A stretch of DNA of 64,000 nucleotides from Squalus acanthias (Eukaryota), in contig JASTWF010000223.1 of the NCBI GenBank assembly GCA_030390025.1, positions 496,001 to 560,000 on the forward strand, given 5' to 3'. The position numbers were made by a program, and so were the translations under genes. A model generated the notes under the pieces. That model was not told where the DNA came from. It made no database searches and saw only the letters and a list, made by a program, of their open reading frames with translations. Shown here piece by piece: positions 1-12,730 of this stretch (position 1 is the stretch's first letter; each line of letters opens with the position of its first letter).

Positions 1-1856
1 AAGGAAGGGAAAAAGAACAGGGATTTGGAAAGCCAGGGAAAGCTGCTGAGACGCCAATTTAAAGAAAAAAGGTGGGGAGGTGGGAAAGAGAGAAAACTAA
101 AGATTTACCGACATGTAAGTTATTAACGTCTGTGCTGAGACAAATAAAACACAAGATTCCTGAGTGAAAGGAACCTTAAACAAACTCCTCTAATTTAAGT
201 TTGTGTGAAAGTGTGTGTTAAAGTGTGAAAGTTTTCCTGACTATGGATGTTTAAGAAGTTACAGTATTCCTTTTGTCTGAAAGTCTGTCCTTAAAAAAAA
301 AGCAAAAATGTCTGTTGTGTGTTTTAGCTCCACCCACTTCTCTGTGTTTAAAAAAAGCGTTTAACCCTTTTGTCTTGTCTTGGGTTTTGGAAGTTTTAAC
401 AATGTGTGAATAAGATTGTGCCCCCAGAATTGAAACAAAACTTCAAACTACAATTTAAGTTAAGCTGGTGTGGAAAAACTGAGAAAAACAAAAAGTTTGT
501 TTCACAAAAGATTAAGTTTCAGTGTAACATTTAACCTTGGAGTCGCGGTTGCTATGGTGAAATATTACAAAGCAATTTGTTGAAATGTGAAAAACTAATT
601 TTTCTCCAGTTGTAGTCAATGTTTTTACAGTGATTTGGAAAGGCATCTGAAGAAAGGACAATAAGAAATATGACGTAATGTACTGTTTTCTGCAAGCATG
701 TGCTATTTTGTTTTGTTTTATCTCTTCAGTTCGTATTTAGTTAAAGTGTGAAAGTCTTTTTCGTTCGGGAAAGTTTTTTTAATATAAATTTACGTGAAGT
801 GACGCAATTGCATGCGCCTGACAAAGTTTGGCTCCGCCTTCTTAAAAACCTACAAAGGAGTTAACCCTTTCCACTGACAGCTGTTTAAGTTCACCAAGCA
901 ACAACTTTAGTATGGCTGAATGAAATTTAAAGATATTGGAATTTATTAAATTTAAGTGTCTTAATTTTAAGTTAATATTTCCCCACAGTGACGGAAGGAA
1001 AATTATGATTTGATAAATTAACTCCTTGGGCTCTTAAACAGAGCCACAATGGATTCTCTGCTATCTTTTGTTATATGGAAGTTACCTTGTAAACTAATTG
1101 TAGCACTTCTGTCTCTAATGTTAAAACACTGTGTAAACCACCCAGCCTGGGAATCACTTGTTTCTGAAATTGGAATTGATAAGATAAATTGATTGAAATG
1201 AAATTGAACATTGACAAAACCTGTCAGTTCAACAATACTGCTGTTTGGATTTGGGGATAATTTTGAAATGACAAAATGGACTCAGGCACTATAAATTGGG
1301 TTACTTTTGGGGAAATAAAAGAACCTCTAAAATAATGATAAATAAAAAGTGTTAATAACTTGGACCAAGTGAGAACGTTTGAGCTTTGTTTTCTATCTTA
1401 AATATTGTACTGGACAGCAAAGTTCCTCCAAGGCTCATGAATGAGATATGAATGTTAATTAATGGGATGGTAAAATAGAGAGAGGAAGTGATTGAGGGTG
1501 TAAGATAGAAACAGGAAAATTACACTACCAAATGATAATTTTCCGAGCTTTCTAGTGAAAGTCAGAAAAGTGTAGCTACGAATAGTAAATTGATAGCTTT
1601 CCCTTGGAGACATTTGTGCCCCTGCATTGACACATACTCCACCGATAAACTATCTAATTAATGAAGCAATCAGAATAGAGTTAAACACACTGGTCCCTGT
1701 TAGAGTAATTGAAATTGAAGTTTAAGTGAAGAATTACATGGAATTTGGATTGGATGGCTGAGGGCGTCTTTGGGCTTGTGTGTTCCCAATTTCCAGAGGT
1801 AAGGGCTGGTCACAAACAGGATTGCGGGAGGGTCGATATGACACCCCTCATGATCA

Positions 1857-2597
1857 AGGGGGAAACCCCCTGGTGATTCAGACCAGGGGACCCACTTTAC
1901 GGGTAGGGTCATGAAGAGGACATGTCAGTTATTGTGGGTAAAGCAGAGGTTCCACATACCTTACCACCCACAGAGTTCCGGAATGGTGGAGCGTACGAAT
2001 AGAACCCTGAAAATGGTTATAGCAAAAGCGATTGCGAGCACGGGTAAGAACTGGGTGGATGTCCTCCCGACCATATTAATGAGGTTGTGGGCAACCCCCA
2101 ACCGGACAATAGGACTAATTCCATCTGAATTAATGACTGGGAGGGCTGTGAGATTACCAGAAGGGGTGATAGAAGGGTGTAGTGAAACAGGGCCGCTGAG
2201 GGATAGAATTACACGGTATGTAGCGGAGCTATGTAAACAGCTTCAAGGGATGAAAGTGGAAGTAAAGCAGCAGCAAGAAGCGGAAGATCAACACGGGCGT
2301 GGGCCTGAACCCGAGTCATCGGGGCTCCCAACGGTGGGAGACAGGGTAATGGTAAAAGGGCTGCCGTCCAAACCGGGACTGGTGCCTCGGTGGTCTGGGC
2401 CTTACACGGTCCTAATAACCAGCGATACCTGTGCAGGTTTGGACATACAAAAGGGGGGTAGGTGGAAACATTGGTCCCAGGTTAAACCGTATGACTCACG
2501 TTCTGTTTCTTCCAACAGGAAAGCTAGAAGCAGATCTCTTAATTACTTTGTTTCAGATAAACCTCTCTCACAATGGCGGCATGGTGGACGGCCGTGA
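1857..2597 (+). mobile_element. Endogenous retrovirus integrase remnant (catalytic core plus C-terminus, 5' truncated)
   Basis: In-frame DSDQGTHFTG upstream of the ORF start, then HIPYHPQSSGMVERTNRTLK, W..VLP..L...R/WATPN and a GPY/F-type C-terminal motif (PRWSGPYTV). Confidence 0.9.
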
Positions 2598-2818
2598 TGG
2601 CGATCACCCTCCTGTTAATTACAGTAACGTGGAAGGCGCCCACCGTGCACATCGATAAAAGTACTTGTTTGCATCCAGGACAATACATGCAACTGCCACA
2701 GGGGGGAAAAGGGGAATGGGTAAAGAAACCCAATATATGGATCACGGACCGTGTCACCGCACGTACCCATACGACCAAGGTATGGAAATTAAATCCCAAA
2801 TGTAATATGGGACAATGA
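2573..2818 (+). mobile_element. Truncated env-like ORF of the same retroviral element
   Basis: Overlaps the integrase 3' end, starts with a signal-peptide-like segment (MAAWWTAVMAITLLLITVTW) and is preceded by acceptor-like tttcttccaacag (~2518) and tttgtttcag (~2556). Confidence 0.55.
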
Positions 2819-3871
2819 TACTGGGACGCTATCTGTGGCAACAACCATGATCTGTCCGCCCCCGAGAGTCCAGTTGGATCCCTGGACAAGCCAGCAAGTA
2901 GGGAATTCGGGGATTTAGGTATGTTCTACCTGGATTAGACGAGGTCTGACCAGGGGCCAACAGGAGGAAATGATAGGGTAACCTGTAGGTTTGGATAACC
3001 TTTACATGTATATTATAGTTGCGTTAGAAGCCATGCGATTAAAATGTTATTGTAACTGCAAGTCATGATGGGAAGCTTGAGCAAATCCAGACCAAAGCTT
3101 AGTGTCTGCATTTAACAGTAGCAGTAGTTGTAATAAAGTTTCTTCACGAAACCTCGAATCAGGAACAATGAACAAAGATAATGGTAACTGGAGACTGGAT
3201 AAGATAAACAAAACTGCAGAAAGGCAGAAGTAAGGACCTTGGTTCCGGGACAGTTGAGATAGCGGGAAGCATCTGCCAAAGCCTACGTAACCGGTAATTA
3301 ACGGCTGATTATGTATAAATAGACTGCCACAACCATTGTAAATTTGACATTGTTGACTAATCACAGCGATCAATCTCTATCAATTAGTCTACAACAGACC
3401 CAGACATGAGGTGAGGAACGCCCCAGTGGTGGAGAGCTTTAGGAACCATTGGACCAAAGTCGCCTGTTCTTCCCAAGCACACTGCACTTACCACATGTCG
3501 TGTCTCTACTTACTCGCATACTGTGTCCCAAAATTTTATTCTATGAATGTAATCTATCTAATTTGCAGTTGAATGAATCAACACTAACTGCTTCCGCTGC
3601 CTCCCAAGAAAGCCTGTCCCACCGATTGACCACACACTCGCTGTAATATTGTTTCCACAGATTAGTTTTAATTTTGTCCCCTTCAACCTACAAGCGCATA
3701 GTAAGTTAAGCGCTTATTTATCTCGTTTGTTGTTTGTGAGATCCTACTGGTCGCAAATTGCCGTTCGTGTTTGCGTCCGAAGCACCGTTATTACTCTTCA
3801 AAATGCAATTCACCAAATTAAAGCGCTGTGGAGCGCGCTGGAGTTTGAAACGCACGGAATAAACGCACATT

Positions 3872-4057
3872 GGGGTAGATTTTGACTTTGTGGGATAGTG
3901 TTACACCGGTGATAGCGAGTCGGCAGCCCGGTTTGCATCTCTCCCGACTTGTACATCCATTAATGTCAATGGAAATAAGAATCTGGACAGGTGTTAAACG
4001 GGCTGTCGATTCTCTATCACCAGGTTTACACTATCGCACAAAGTCAAAATCTACCAC
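3872..4057. mobile_element. 186-bp hairpin MITE with ATT target duplication (PIF/Harbinger-like)
   Basis: GGGGTAGATTTTGACTTTGTG...CACAAAGTCAAAATCTACCAC with long imperfect inverted arms; ATT on both sides. Confidence 0.85.
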
Positions 4058-4099
4058 ATTCGTTCTTCTCTCTAAACTTAGGATCCTAAAAGCAGCCCC

Positions 4100-4138
4100 G
4101 GTTGTAGTGCGGACTCGGTCGCTCCTTATTACACTGTG
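4100..4138 (-). promoter_or_regulatory. 23-bp-spacer recombination signal sequence of the V pseudogene
   Basis: Minus strand reads CACAGTG + 23 nt (taataaggagcgaccgagtccgc) + ACTACAACC (7/9 match to ACAAAAACC). Confidence 0.9.
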
Positions 4139-4409
4139 TGTGCGACACAGAAGCAGGTGGTGGTGTCTGTCAGGCGGAAGGCCGCGGTAGTCAGCGAGCT
4201 GCTCTTCTCAGAACTTCGACTGACGGCTCCAAGTTGACCTTTATGTTCACCGTTTTCCGATGCCATTATCAACATCTCTGGGCTCTGGTTTGGAGGCTGC
4301 ACGTACCGGTATATCGCGGAGAACGGAGTGTTTGTGCGGCTGTTCATCGATATGGTTTTCCGTTCACCGGGAGCCTGTGACAGAAATGTTTGTACAAATT
4401 CCTCGTTAC
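4139..4409 (-). pseudogene. TCR alpha/delta-like V segment pseudogene
   Basis: V-set frame GNEEFVQ...ISMNSRTNTPFSAIYRYVQPPNQSPEMLI...KGQL...SSLTT..FRLTDTTTCFCVA ends at the RSS. First Cys is AGC (Ser), Trp is CGG (Arg), Y-x-C is C-F-C, each one base from consensus. No leader exon found; LINE sequence begins at ~4480. Confidence 0.85.
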
Positions 4410-4479
4410 CTTTAACAACCAATGTTATCAATGGAGCAAAGCAGACAACACCAGTCAGTCCCAACAGGTATCTCAGGAA

Positions 4480-6270
4480 TATAGGGACAGGTGTAGGCCA
4501 TTCAGCCCCTACGATCTCTCCGACATGCAATTAGATCATGACTGATCTGTAACTGAACTCCATTTACCCTCCTTAGCTCAATATACCTTGATGTCCTTGT
4601 CCTCACCGAACAAAAAACTTGAAAGGATTGTGACAAAATACAGGAAGACATTAATAAACTTGCAGAACATGCGTGTAATTGGCAAATGAATTTCAATACC
4701 GATAAATGTGAGCTGGTGTATTTTGGTAGGAAGAATAAGAAGGCCACATGCTCCTTGGAAGATCAGAGTCTAAATGGAGTGCAGGATAAAGGGATGTAGG
4801 GGGACAGATACACAAATCACTAAAAGTAGCGCCGCAGGTTAATGAGGCCATTAGAAACCAAACAAAGCCCCGGGGCTCTTTTCTTGAGGGATAGAATTGT
4901 AAAGCAGAGAAGTAACGTTAAACTTGTATTGAACCTTGGTTAGACCAGACTTGGAGCACTGTGAACAGTGCTGATTCCCATATTATAAAAAGATCAGAGC
5001 AGCCCTGGGGTAGGTGCATTTACTTTTAGAAGGATCACACCAGAACTGAGAGGTTAAACCTATCAGGAAATAATGAATCGGCTGGGGCTCTTCTCTCTAG
5101 AAAAGTGAAGGTTGAGGGGTGACCTGATAGAGGTCTTTAATATTACGGAAGAGGTTGATAGATTAGACACAGAGAAGATGTTTCCACTTGTGGTGGAGAC
5201 CAGAACTGCAACCATAAATATAAGATAGTCAATAATCACCCGGTGGGGAATTCAGGAGAAACTATTTACCCAGAGAATTTTTACACTGTGGAACTCGCTA
5301 CAACAAGGAGTAGCTGACGGAAATAGCATAGATACATTTAAGGGGAATCTAGTTATACACACGAGGGAGCAAGGAATACAACGTTACACTAAAACGGTTA
5401 GATGAAGAGGGTGGGAGGAACCTCGTGAGGAGCATAACCAGCGGCATAGACATGTTGGGCCGAAAGGCCTGTTTCTGTGCTGTATATTCCGAATAACCCA
5501 GCATCCTCAGCCTTTTGGGGGAGAGAGTTCTAGATTTCTACTACCCTTTGTGTGAAAAAGTGTATGCTGATTTGCCTCCTAAATGGTCTTGCTCTAATTT
5601 TAAGATTTTGTACCCTCCTTCTTGATCAGAGGAAATATTTTCTCCATATCTAACCTATCGAATACGTTTGACACGTAAAACACCTCGATCAGATCAGCCC
5701 TATATATTTTTACTCATGGGAATACAATTCAAGTTTATGCAACCTGTTCTCATAATTGAATATTCTATGCCCCGTTATCAGAATGGTGAATCGGCGCTGT
5801 GGCCGCTCCAAGGCCAATGTATCCTTCCTCAGGTGCGGTGCCAGAACTGAATGCACTGCTCCAATTGGGTCTTATCAGAGATTTACACAACTGAAGCACA
5901 ACTTTCACCCCTTTGTGTTCCCGCCCCCTTGAGATAAAGACCAACGTTCCTTTAGCCCTTTTGATTGCATTTTGTACCCATCTAATTGCTTTTAATGATT
6001 TGTGTACTTAGATTCCTAAATCACATTGCTCCTCCACAATACCTAGTTTCTCACCATTTAGAAAAAACTCCGATTTATCTTTTCTTAGGTCCAGGGTGGG
6101 TGTCCTCCCACTTGCCCACATTAACCTCAATGTTCCCCAGTTTTGGCCATTCATTTAATCTATCAACGTTCTCCTTACATCTGCACTACTTACTGCCCTT
6201 CCTAATTTAACGTCATCTACAAACGTGAATATACAACTCTCTCTTCCTTAATCCAAGTTATTCATAAATT
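4480..6270. mobile_element. Cluster of degraded CR1-clade LINE 3' fragments (+ at ~4620-5485, - at ~5500-6270)
   Basis: Typical RT C-terminal and 3' UTR sequence (ttagaccagacttggagcactgtg, aggggtgacctgatagaggtcttt, gggccgaaaggcctgtttctgtgctgta). Confidence 0.8.
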
Positions 6271-7647
6271 CGATGATAAATATCTGTACCCAGCTCCGGG
6301 GGACACAATGTAATGGTAACCTTACAAGAACTGTCGCTGTTTGCTCACACATCTAAGTTCTTACATGTCATAAAGCTGACTGGAATAACAAGCATTAATA
6401 TCCATCTGAAATATACTTGCATGTTGTGCGCTGACAGTTTCTGTACAAATGCGATCAGAGTATGGTGGCAGGAGTTACTGAGAAATGTTACGGGTACAAT
6501 AGCATTCAACTGCTTCAGTGGTTTATCGTGCTCAAAAAAACACAAAATCCACAACCTCGAATTGATTTGACATCATCATGTACTGTTCTCGTGGGTCATT
6601 CTCGTCATTTAGAAAAGGAACAACAGTGGTGCAAAATCAAACAGCGTCACCATATGAGGCCCAGAGGTTATTGTTGGTGGAATAACAGCCAATGGTTAAC
6701 AAATTCGTGTAACGGAAGTGTTATCCGGATCACAGTAATGGACTTAGATTTTAGTTAAATCAAATGGGCAAAGGGATGTTTTATCGACAAGCTGCTCATT
6801 GATCAGCTTATATCACAGCAGCAATTACTGAGGGTTGTCTGATTCCTACCCGTTCGGTTTCTTTGTATTTCACTTTTTTCATCTATTATCTTGTATAACC
6901 TCACTGAGTCCAAATAGGAGTAATAATTCTCAGTACTTTTTACAAATCACGCATGCAGTTCTCCTGAACGGTGTAGCTGATTTATAGTTACTGAGGTTTC
7001 TAGCAGCCATCCCATGGCATTGGTCACTGTGACTAGGGTGTTATCAACAGAGTGCGATTGGGATCCTTTTACTGGTAATCGGTTTGACACATGCAGGAAG
7101 TGACCGCTATATCCAATATATTACCAGTGAGTCTCAAGTGACATTCCACAGAGGAATCAAGGCCAGTATATTCTTCCAGAAACAAGTTGAAGGGCGGTGA
7201 ACTGGTGGACCAGGCGACGCAGACATAATTCAGGCTCCATTTCACGTCATATATTCAGTCCTTAATTTGTATAATACAAAATGTTATTATTATTGTTGTT
7301 GTTAAGATTTGTGGTTGAATTGCAACACAGATGGTACTTTTGGGGCGAGGACAGTTCATTGGAGCCTCCATTATAAATATAGACATAAGAATTTCAAGTA
7401 GCAATGTTGACACAGCAATTGCAGGAAAACGTCAAATATTTAATTCTTGACTCGTTGGTCTTCGTGGTGTTGTGCATAGAGAATGAGACCCGGCGTCCAG
7501 CGCCGAGGAGAAACGGCTTCGCGTCAAAGTTCGCTTTAATTCGGTAACCAGCTGAAAACCTGCGAATAGAAACTCGGGTTCTCTGCCGGGGTGTTGACGG
7601 GACCACAGTAAGCTGCAGGAACTCTTGGTAGTGAAATAGATACCGTC

Positions 7648-7752
7648 TAAAGTTCTGATGAAAGATCATCGACCTGAAACGTTAACTCTGTTTCTCTCTC
7701 CACAGATGCAGCCTGACCTGCTGAGTATTTCCAGCATTTTCTGTTTTTATTA
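7648..7752 (+). mobile_element. Penelope-derived short terminal repeat with hammerhead-like core
   Basis: agtt-CTGATGA-a-agatc-atc-gacct-GAAAC-gtt-aact followed by ctctctccacagatgc...cctgctgagtatttccagc; same repeat as the tail of the Penelope fragment at 27218-27620. Confidence 0.75.
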
Positions 7753-7769
7753 CAGTCTAAATTTACAAT

Positions 7770-8535
7770 GGCCCAATATTTGCACTCGGAGGTTTCCCGC
7801 GTGCGGACACCTCCCACCTGTAAAATATGTGCGAATTTCCCTGGTGGCCCGGGAGATAGGGAGGCTTGCGATCCTGGGCCTCTCCGCGTGCGCACGGGCA
7901 TAGCCCCACCTATCCCAGGGGTGCAGGCGCTTCGCAAGCGCCCCTGGGATCAAGTGGGCCGGCCCAACCAATGAAAGAAGGGAATCCCCATTCATACTTT
8001 TGACAGTTCTATAGGTACGGAACTGTCATAAATATGAATACGGATCACTGAAAAAATACACCAACACATGAAATAATTTTTTTTTAAATTACATATTTAA
8101 AATTAATTAAAGTGCCATTTAATGAAATATTTTAAAGAAAAATTAAATTTTTGCAAAAAAATATATATGTTTTAACGGGGCTAAAATAAACTTAGCTGAT
8201 TGGACTGGGTTTTTAAAGTATAAATGAGTGATAACATTTTATTTTTCTATTTTTTAAACTCTTATGCTGGTAAAAGCAGGCCTTACGCCTGCTTCTATCA
8301 GGCGTAAGAATTTCAATGGCATTCGCTGGGCAGAAGTTGGGCAAATAGCGCAACTCTCCGCCCGCGGAGGCACTTTTCCCGGGAATGCGGAGGATCTGTA
8401 AAGAGAATTCTGGACAGATCGCAAGTGCCGGGTTAACGCGCATGCGCTTTGTATGCCTAAACCCGGAACTTGCACGGCCCCAACAGGGCGCGTGCGCACA
8501 TCCTACGCACCCGTGGGGGTTGCAAAATACGGCCC
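7770..8535. mobile_element. Non-autonomous DNA transposon (Harbinger-like MITE, family 1)
   Basis: Imperfect TIRs GGCCCAATATTTGCA / TGCAAAATACGGCCC, CpG-rich arms, AT-rich core, flanks AAT/ATT; related, in opposite orientation, to 15602-16325. Confidence 0.75.
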
Positions 8536-8839
8536 ATTGTTTCCTTCTGTCCTACTCACTGTCGGAAGCCACTGTCTGACAGAGATTTGCTGACTCAGAC
8601 CTGGAATAAATGGAAAACAACGTAAAAAAGTGAACCATTTTGAAATTCACTGCTGTTCCCATCTCACCCAAAATCGCGTCCCAGAATTACCTGTAATGAG
8701 TGCCCCAAACACAGCGCAGATACTGAATAACCGCATTGCTGCTCCGCCCTGTGTATAATAACTCTGTCACCTCTGGAAACTGGCAGGAATTGGAGAGTGA
8801 AACAACCCGCATTGAGGGCCGGTTGTCCCGCTCCAGTAT

Positions 8840-9740
8840 AGAATCATAGAATGGTTACAGCACGGAAGAAGGCCATTCGACCCGTCAAGCCCGTGCCGGT
8901 TCTCTGCAAGCGTACTTCAGCTAGTCCCACTCCACCCCTTTTCCCCATAGCCCTGCATTTTTTTTTCCTTCAGGTACTTAGCCAACTCCCTTTTGAAAGC
9001 AATGATTGAGTCTGCCTCCACCACCCTTTCAGGCATTGCATTCCAGATCCTAACCACTCGCTGAGTAAAAAAGTTTTTCCTCACGTCGCTTTTGGTTCTT
9101 CTGCCAATTCACCTCAAATCTGTGCCCTCTGGTTCTCGACCCTTCTGCCAATGGGAACAGTTTCTCTCTCTCTACTCTGTCCAGACCCCTCATGATTTTG
9201 GAACACCGCTATGAAATCTCCTCTTAATCTTCTCTGCTCCAAGGAAAACAACCTCAGCTTCTCCAGTCTATCCAGTCTACTGTGTACAGTATTGGTCTCC
9301 CTATCTAAGGAAGGACGCAAATGCATCAGAAGCAGCCCAGAGAAGGTCCACCAGACCAACACCCGGAATGGGCGGGCTGTCCCACGAGGAAAGGTCTGTA
9401 TCCGCCGGAGCCCGGAAGAGTAAGAGGTGACCCGACCGAAACACACAAGATCCTGAGGGGTTTGAACAGGGTGGATGTGGAGAGGATAGTTCCTCCTGTG
9501 GGAGAATACAGAACTGGGGTCACTGTTTAAAAATAAGGGGTCGCCCATTTAAGACAGAGATGAGGAGAAACCTTTTCTCAGAGGGTCGTGAGTCTTTGGA
9601 ACTGTCTTCCTCAGAGGGCGGTGGAAGCAGAGCCTTTGAGTATCTTCAAGGCAGAGGTAGATAGACTCTTGATAAGCAAAGGGGTGAAAGGTCATCGGGG
9701 TAGGCGGGAATGTGGAGTAATCAGATCAGCCATGATCCCA
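8840..9740. mobile_element. Two abutting CR1 3' fragments in opposite orientation
   Basis: Minus-strand RLEKLRLFSLEQRRLRGD and plus-strand RGDPTETHKILRGLNRVD..., both with CR1 3' UTRs. Confidence 0.8.
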
Positions 9741-10699
9741 CTCGCGGACACGCCGTAATGTTCGGTATTCGGGGTAAAGCAGGGCCGGCAGTCTCCTGCC
9801 AATGACCACGTAAATATTCCAACCGCACAAACCTCATCCACTCAAAGTCCAGACAGGACAAGGATTTTATTTAGAAGGAACGAGCGAATCGTTCTAAGGC
9901 ATCAGTTTATAATATCGTAGTGCGCTCGGTGTGTGGGAACTTGCTGAAATCGCTAACACTGCTCCAAAATATGACCTGTAGTATTAGTTTATTTAGGATT
10001 TGAACATTAAAGTTCACTATTTTTTTCTGTATAAAACGTCCTATCATTGAATGTAGTAGAAAGTAGTAACTGGGAGGAAGTGTTTGTGTAAATATTGAAC
10101 CTTTGCTTCTCGGTGTTAGGTCCTAGCGAGCCACCAGGATAAATTTTACAAAAAATAAACAAGTGCAATTGAAATAACCGGGTTTCCCCTGTGGATAATT
10201 CTGTTACATTTCCAGTTTACTACCTGCTCATCAGAACGACTTCTTGTATCTCACTCCCTCTCTGTGGCATTTACCCGAAAAAAAAATGCAATGAATGAAC
10301 CGCCCACTTTGCCACTTTCAACATGATAATGTTTCTCTGAGCAACTCTACAGCGTCAACATGTGTTTCACCGTTGAGGTTATGTTGAAACCACATCGTGC
10401 GGTCGAGCTTCTTACTGCTGCTGTAACCTGGGGTGAGAGTTCCGGTCTAATGTATGTCAGCTCGATACAGGTGCACTTCCGGTTCCAACGGCAGCTTCTG
10501 ATCTCCAACTGACTGGAGACAGAAATGGGGTTGAATAGAGATCAGAACAATTCGAGGATGAAGCTGATGGTGACGGTGATCCAGAATCTGCACTACACTG
10601 GTAACGACACATTTCAAGCCTGAATCCCTTTTTAGTGACCGAATTATAAAGAGAATATTGAAGCCGTGGAAAAATTATCAAGCAGTTTCATTAAGATCG

Positions 10700-10868
10700 A
10701 AACAGAAGATGCTGGAAATACTCAGCGGGTCAGGCAGCATCTGTGGAGAGAGAAACAGAGTTAATGTTTCAGGTCAATGAAAGGTCAGATACTGCCTGAC
10801 CTGCTGAGTATTTCCAGCACTTTCTGTTTTTATTTCAGATTCCAGCATCCGCGGTATTTTGCTTTTAT
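10700..10868. repeat. Inverted dimer of the Penelope-derived short repeat
   Basis: gctggaaatactcagcgggtcaggcagcatctg ... cagatactgcctgacctgctgagtatttccagc form an inverted pair around a partly deleted hammerhead-like core. Confidence 0.7.
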
Positions 10869-11809
10869 TTTCATTAAGTCGAACCAGGCTATGGGATCGA
10901 GGTCTGATGGGAAATATGAAAAGCTGGGGCTGCCTTTACCGGAACACGGATAGTCAAATCTAGTGTTCGATATTTAGAAAAACTATTAGAAGGTAAATAG
11001 TGAAACCTATCACGAGGGAAGACCTGATAGAAATCTTTAAGTTTGTAGCCATTGTGGAGAATTTGGATCCAGGAAACCTCTTGTGTGTGTCGCAGGGTTA
11101 GATGACTAGGAGACAAGGGCTAATGTTAAGGGTGTTGAATGAATGTGCAAAAGTTTAATAACATTGTTTAATAAAAGGAACTTATTGTGGACATGTTGCA
11201 AGCGGTGGTGGTGGGGGATGAACGGAAAGCCATGATAATGTTTATAGAAAGGGGAAGAACGCATGTCACTAAAGGAGATACAGGGCTGCTAGAGCTAGAG
11301 TCACTATAGGGAAGTTCAGGAGACATTTATGATGCAAGGGTAAATAGAGCAATGGTCTTCTCTTAACCAAAACATTACTGTACATAACTGAACCTCTTGG
11401 GTGATCGGTAACAAGGGAGCATAGCAGGAGGCTCAGTCTCGGAAGTATGAAGGTGAGGGACAATATAATCTCAGGTGAAATCTTCTTAGAACGTGAAATA
11501 AATGTTCACAGGTGACTATAGAGGGCGAGTCAACCACAACGTTAAGGCTGAATTAAAAGAGACACAAGAGAAAATATTAAAGGACAGAGAGAACTGGGAC
11601 GGGAGTAAATAATTCCAGTTTACAGTTTGCAGTGGCTCCGACGGCTTGGGTCGAAAAGTGTTTTTCTGTGTTTACTTTGCGGAGATTTATTTGATTTACT
11701 ACAGATAAAAATGCTTAAAGGGCTTGTCAAGGTGACATAGTCTCAGAATAAGGGATTAGCCATTTAGGACTGAGATGTGGAGAAATGTCTTCACCGAAAG
11801 GATTGTGAA

Positions 11810-12730
11810 TACATAAGAACACAAGAACATAAGGAATAAGAGCAGGAGTTGGCCCTATGGACCCTCGAGCCTGCTCCGCCATTCAATAAGATCATGGTTG
11901 ATCATCGACCTCAACTCCACTTTCCCGTCCGATCTCCATATCCCTTGATTCCCCTAGAGTCCAAAAATCTATCTATCTCAGCCTTGAATATACTCAAAGA
12001 CTGAACATTCACAGCCCTCTGGAGTAGAAAATTCCAAAGATTCACAATTCCTCCTCATCTCATTCTTCAATGGCCTACCCCTTATCCTGCGCCTGTGCCC
12101 CCTAGTTCTAGACACTCCAGCGAGGGGAAACAACCTCTCAGCAGCTAGCCTGTCAATCCCCTTCAGAATCTTGTATGTTTCAATGAGGTCACCTCTCATT
12201 ATTCTAAACTCCAGAGAGTATAGGCCCATTCTACACAATCTCTCATCATAGGACAACCTTCTCATCCCAGGAATCAATTTAGTGAACCTTCGTTGCACCG
12301 CCTCTGAGGCAAGTATATCCTTGCTTAGATAAAGAGACCAAAACTGTGCACAGTACTCCAGGTGTGGTCTCATCAAGGCCCTGTACAATTGTAGCAAGAC
12401 TTCCTTACTCTTATACTCCAACCCCTTGCAATAAAGGCCAATATGCCATTAGCATTCCTCTTTGCTTGATGTACCTGTATGCTAACTCTCTGTGTTTTTT
12501 GCACGAGGACACACACATCTCTCTGAACACCAACATTTGAAAGTTTCTCACCATTTAAAAAATATTGTTTTTCTATTCTTCCTACCACAGTGAATAACCT
12601 CACATTTTCCTACATTATACTCTATCTGCCACCTTGCTGCCCACTCACTTATTCTGCCTATATTCCTTTGAAGACTCTTTGAGTTCTCCTCACAGCTTAC
12701 TGTCCCACCTAGCTTTGTATCATCAGGAGA
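11810..12730 (-). mobile_element. CR1 LINE 3' fragment
   Basis: LLQLYRALMRPHLEYCAQFW...RGDLIETYKILKG; ataagaac tandem tail at ~11812-11832. Confidence 0.9.

Noticed and set aside
3045-3570. Possible 3' LTR of the left ERV (TATAAATA at ~3314)
   Set aside because: No polypurine tract or defined ends could be identified.
6993-7055. CACTGTG at 7025-7031 followed by cagagtg, as a D segment or V RSS
   Set aside because: Nonamers match poorly at 12- and 23-bp spacing, and there is no adjacent YxC frame.
10410-10520. Minus-strand KLPLEPEVHLYR, resembling the start of a constant domain
   Set aside because: A stop follows within a few codons and there is no C1-set Cys/Trp pattern.
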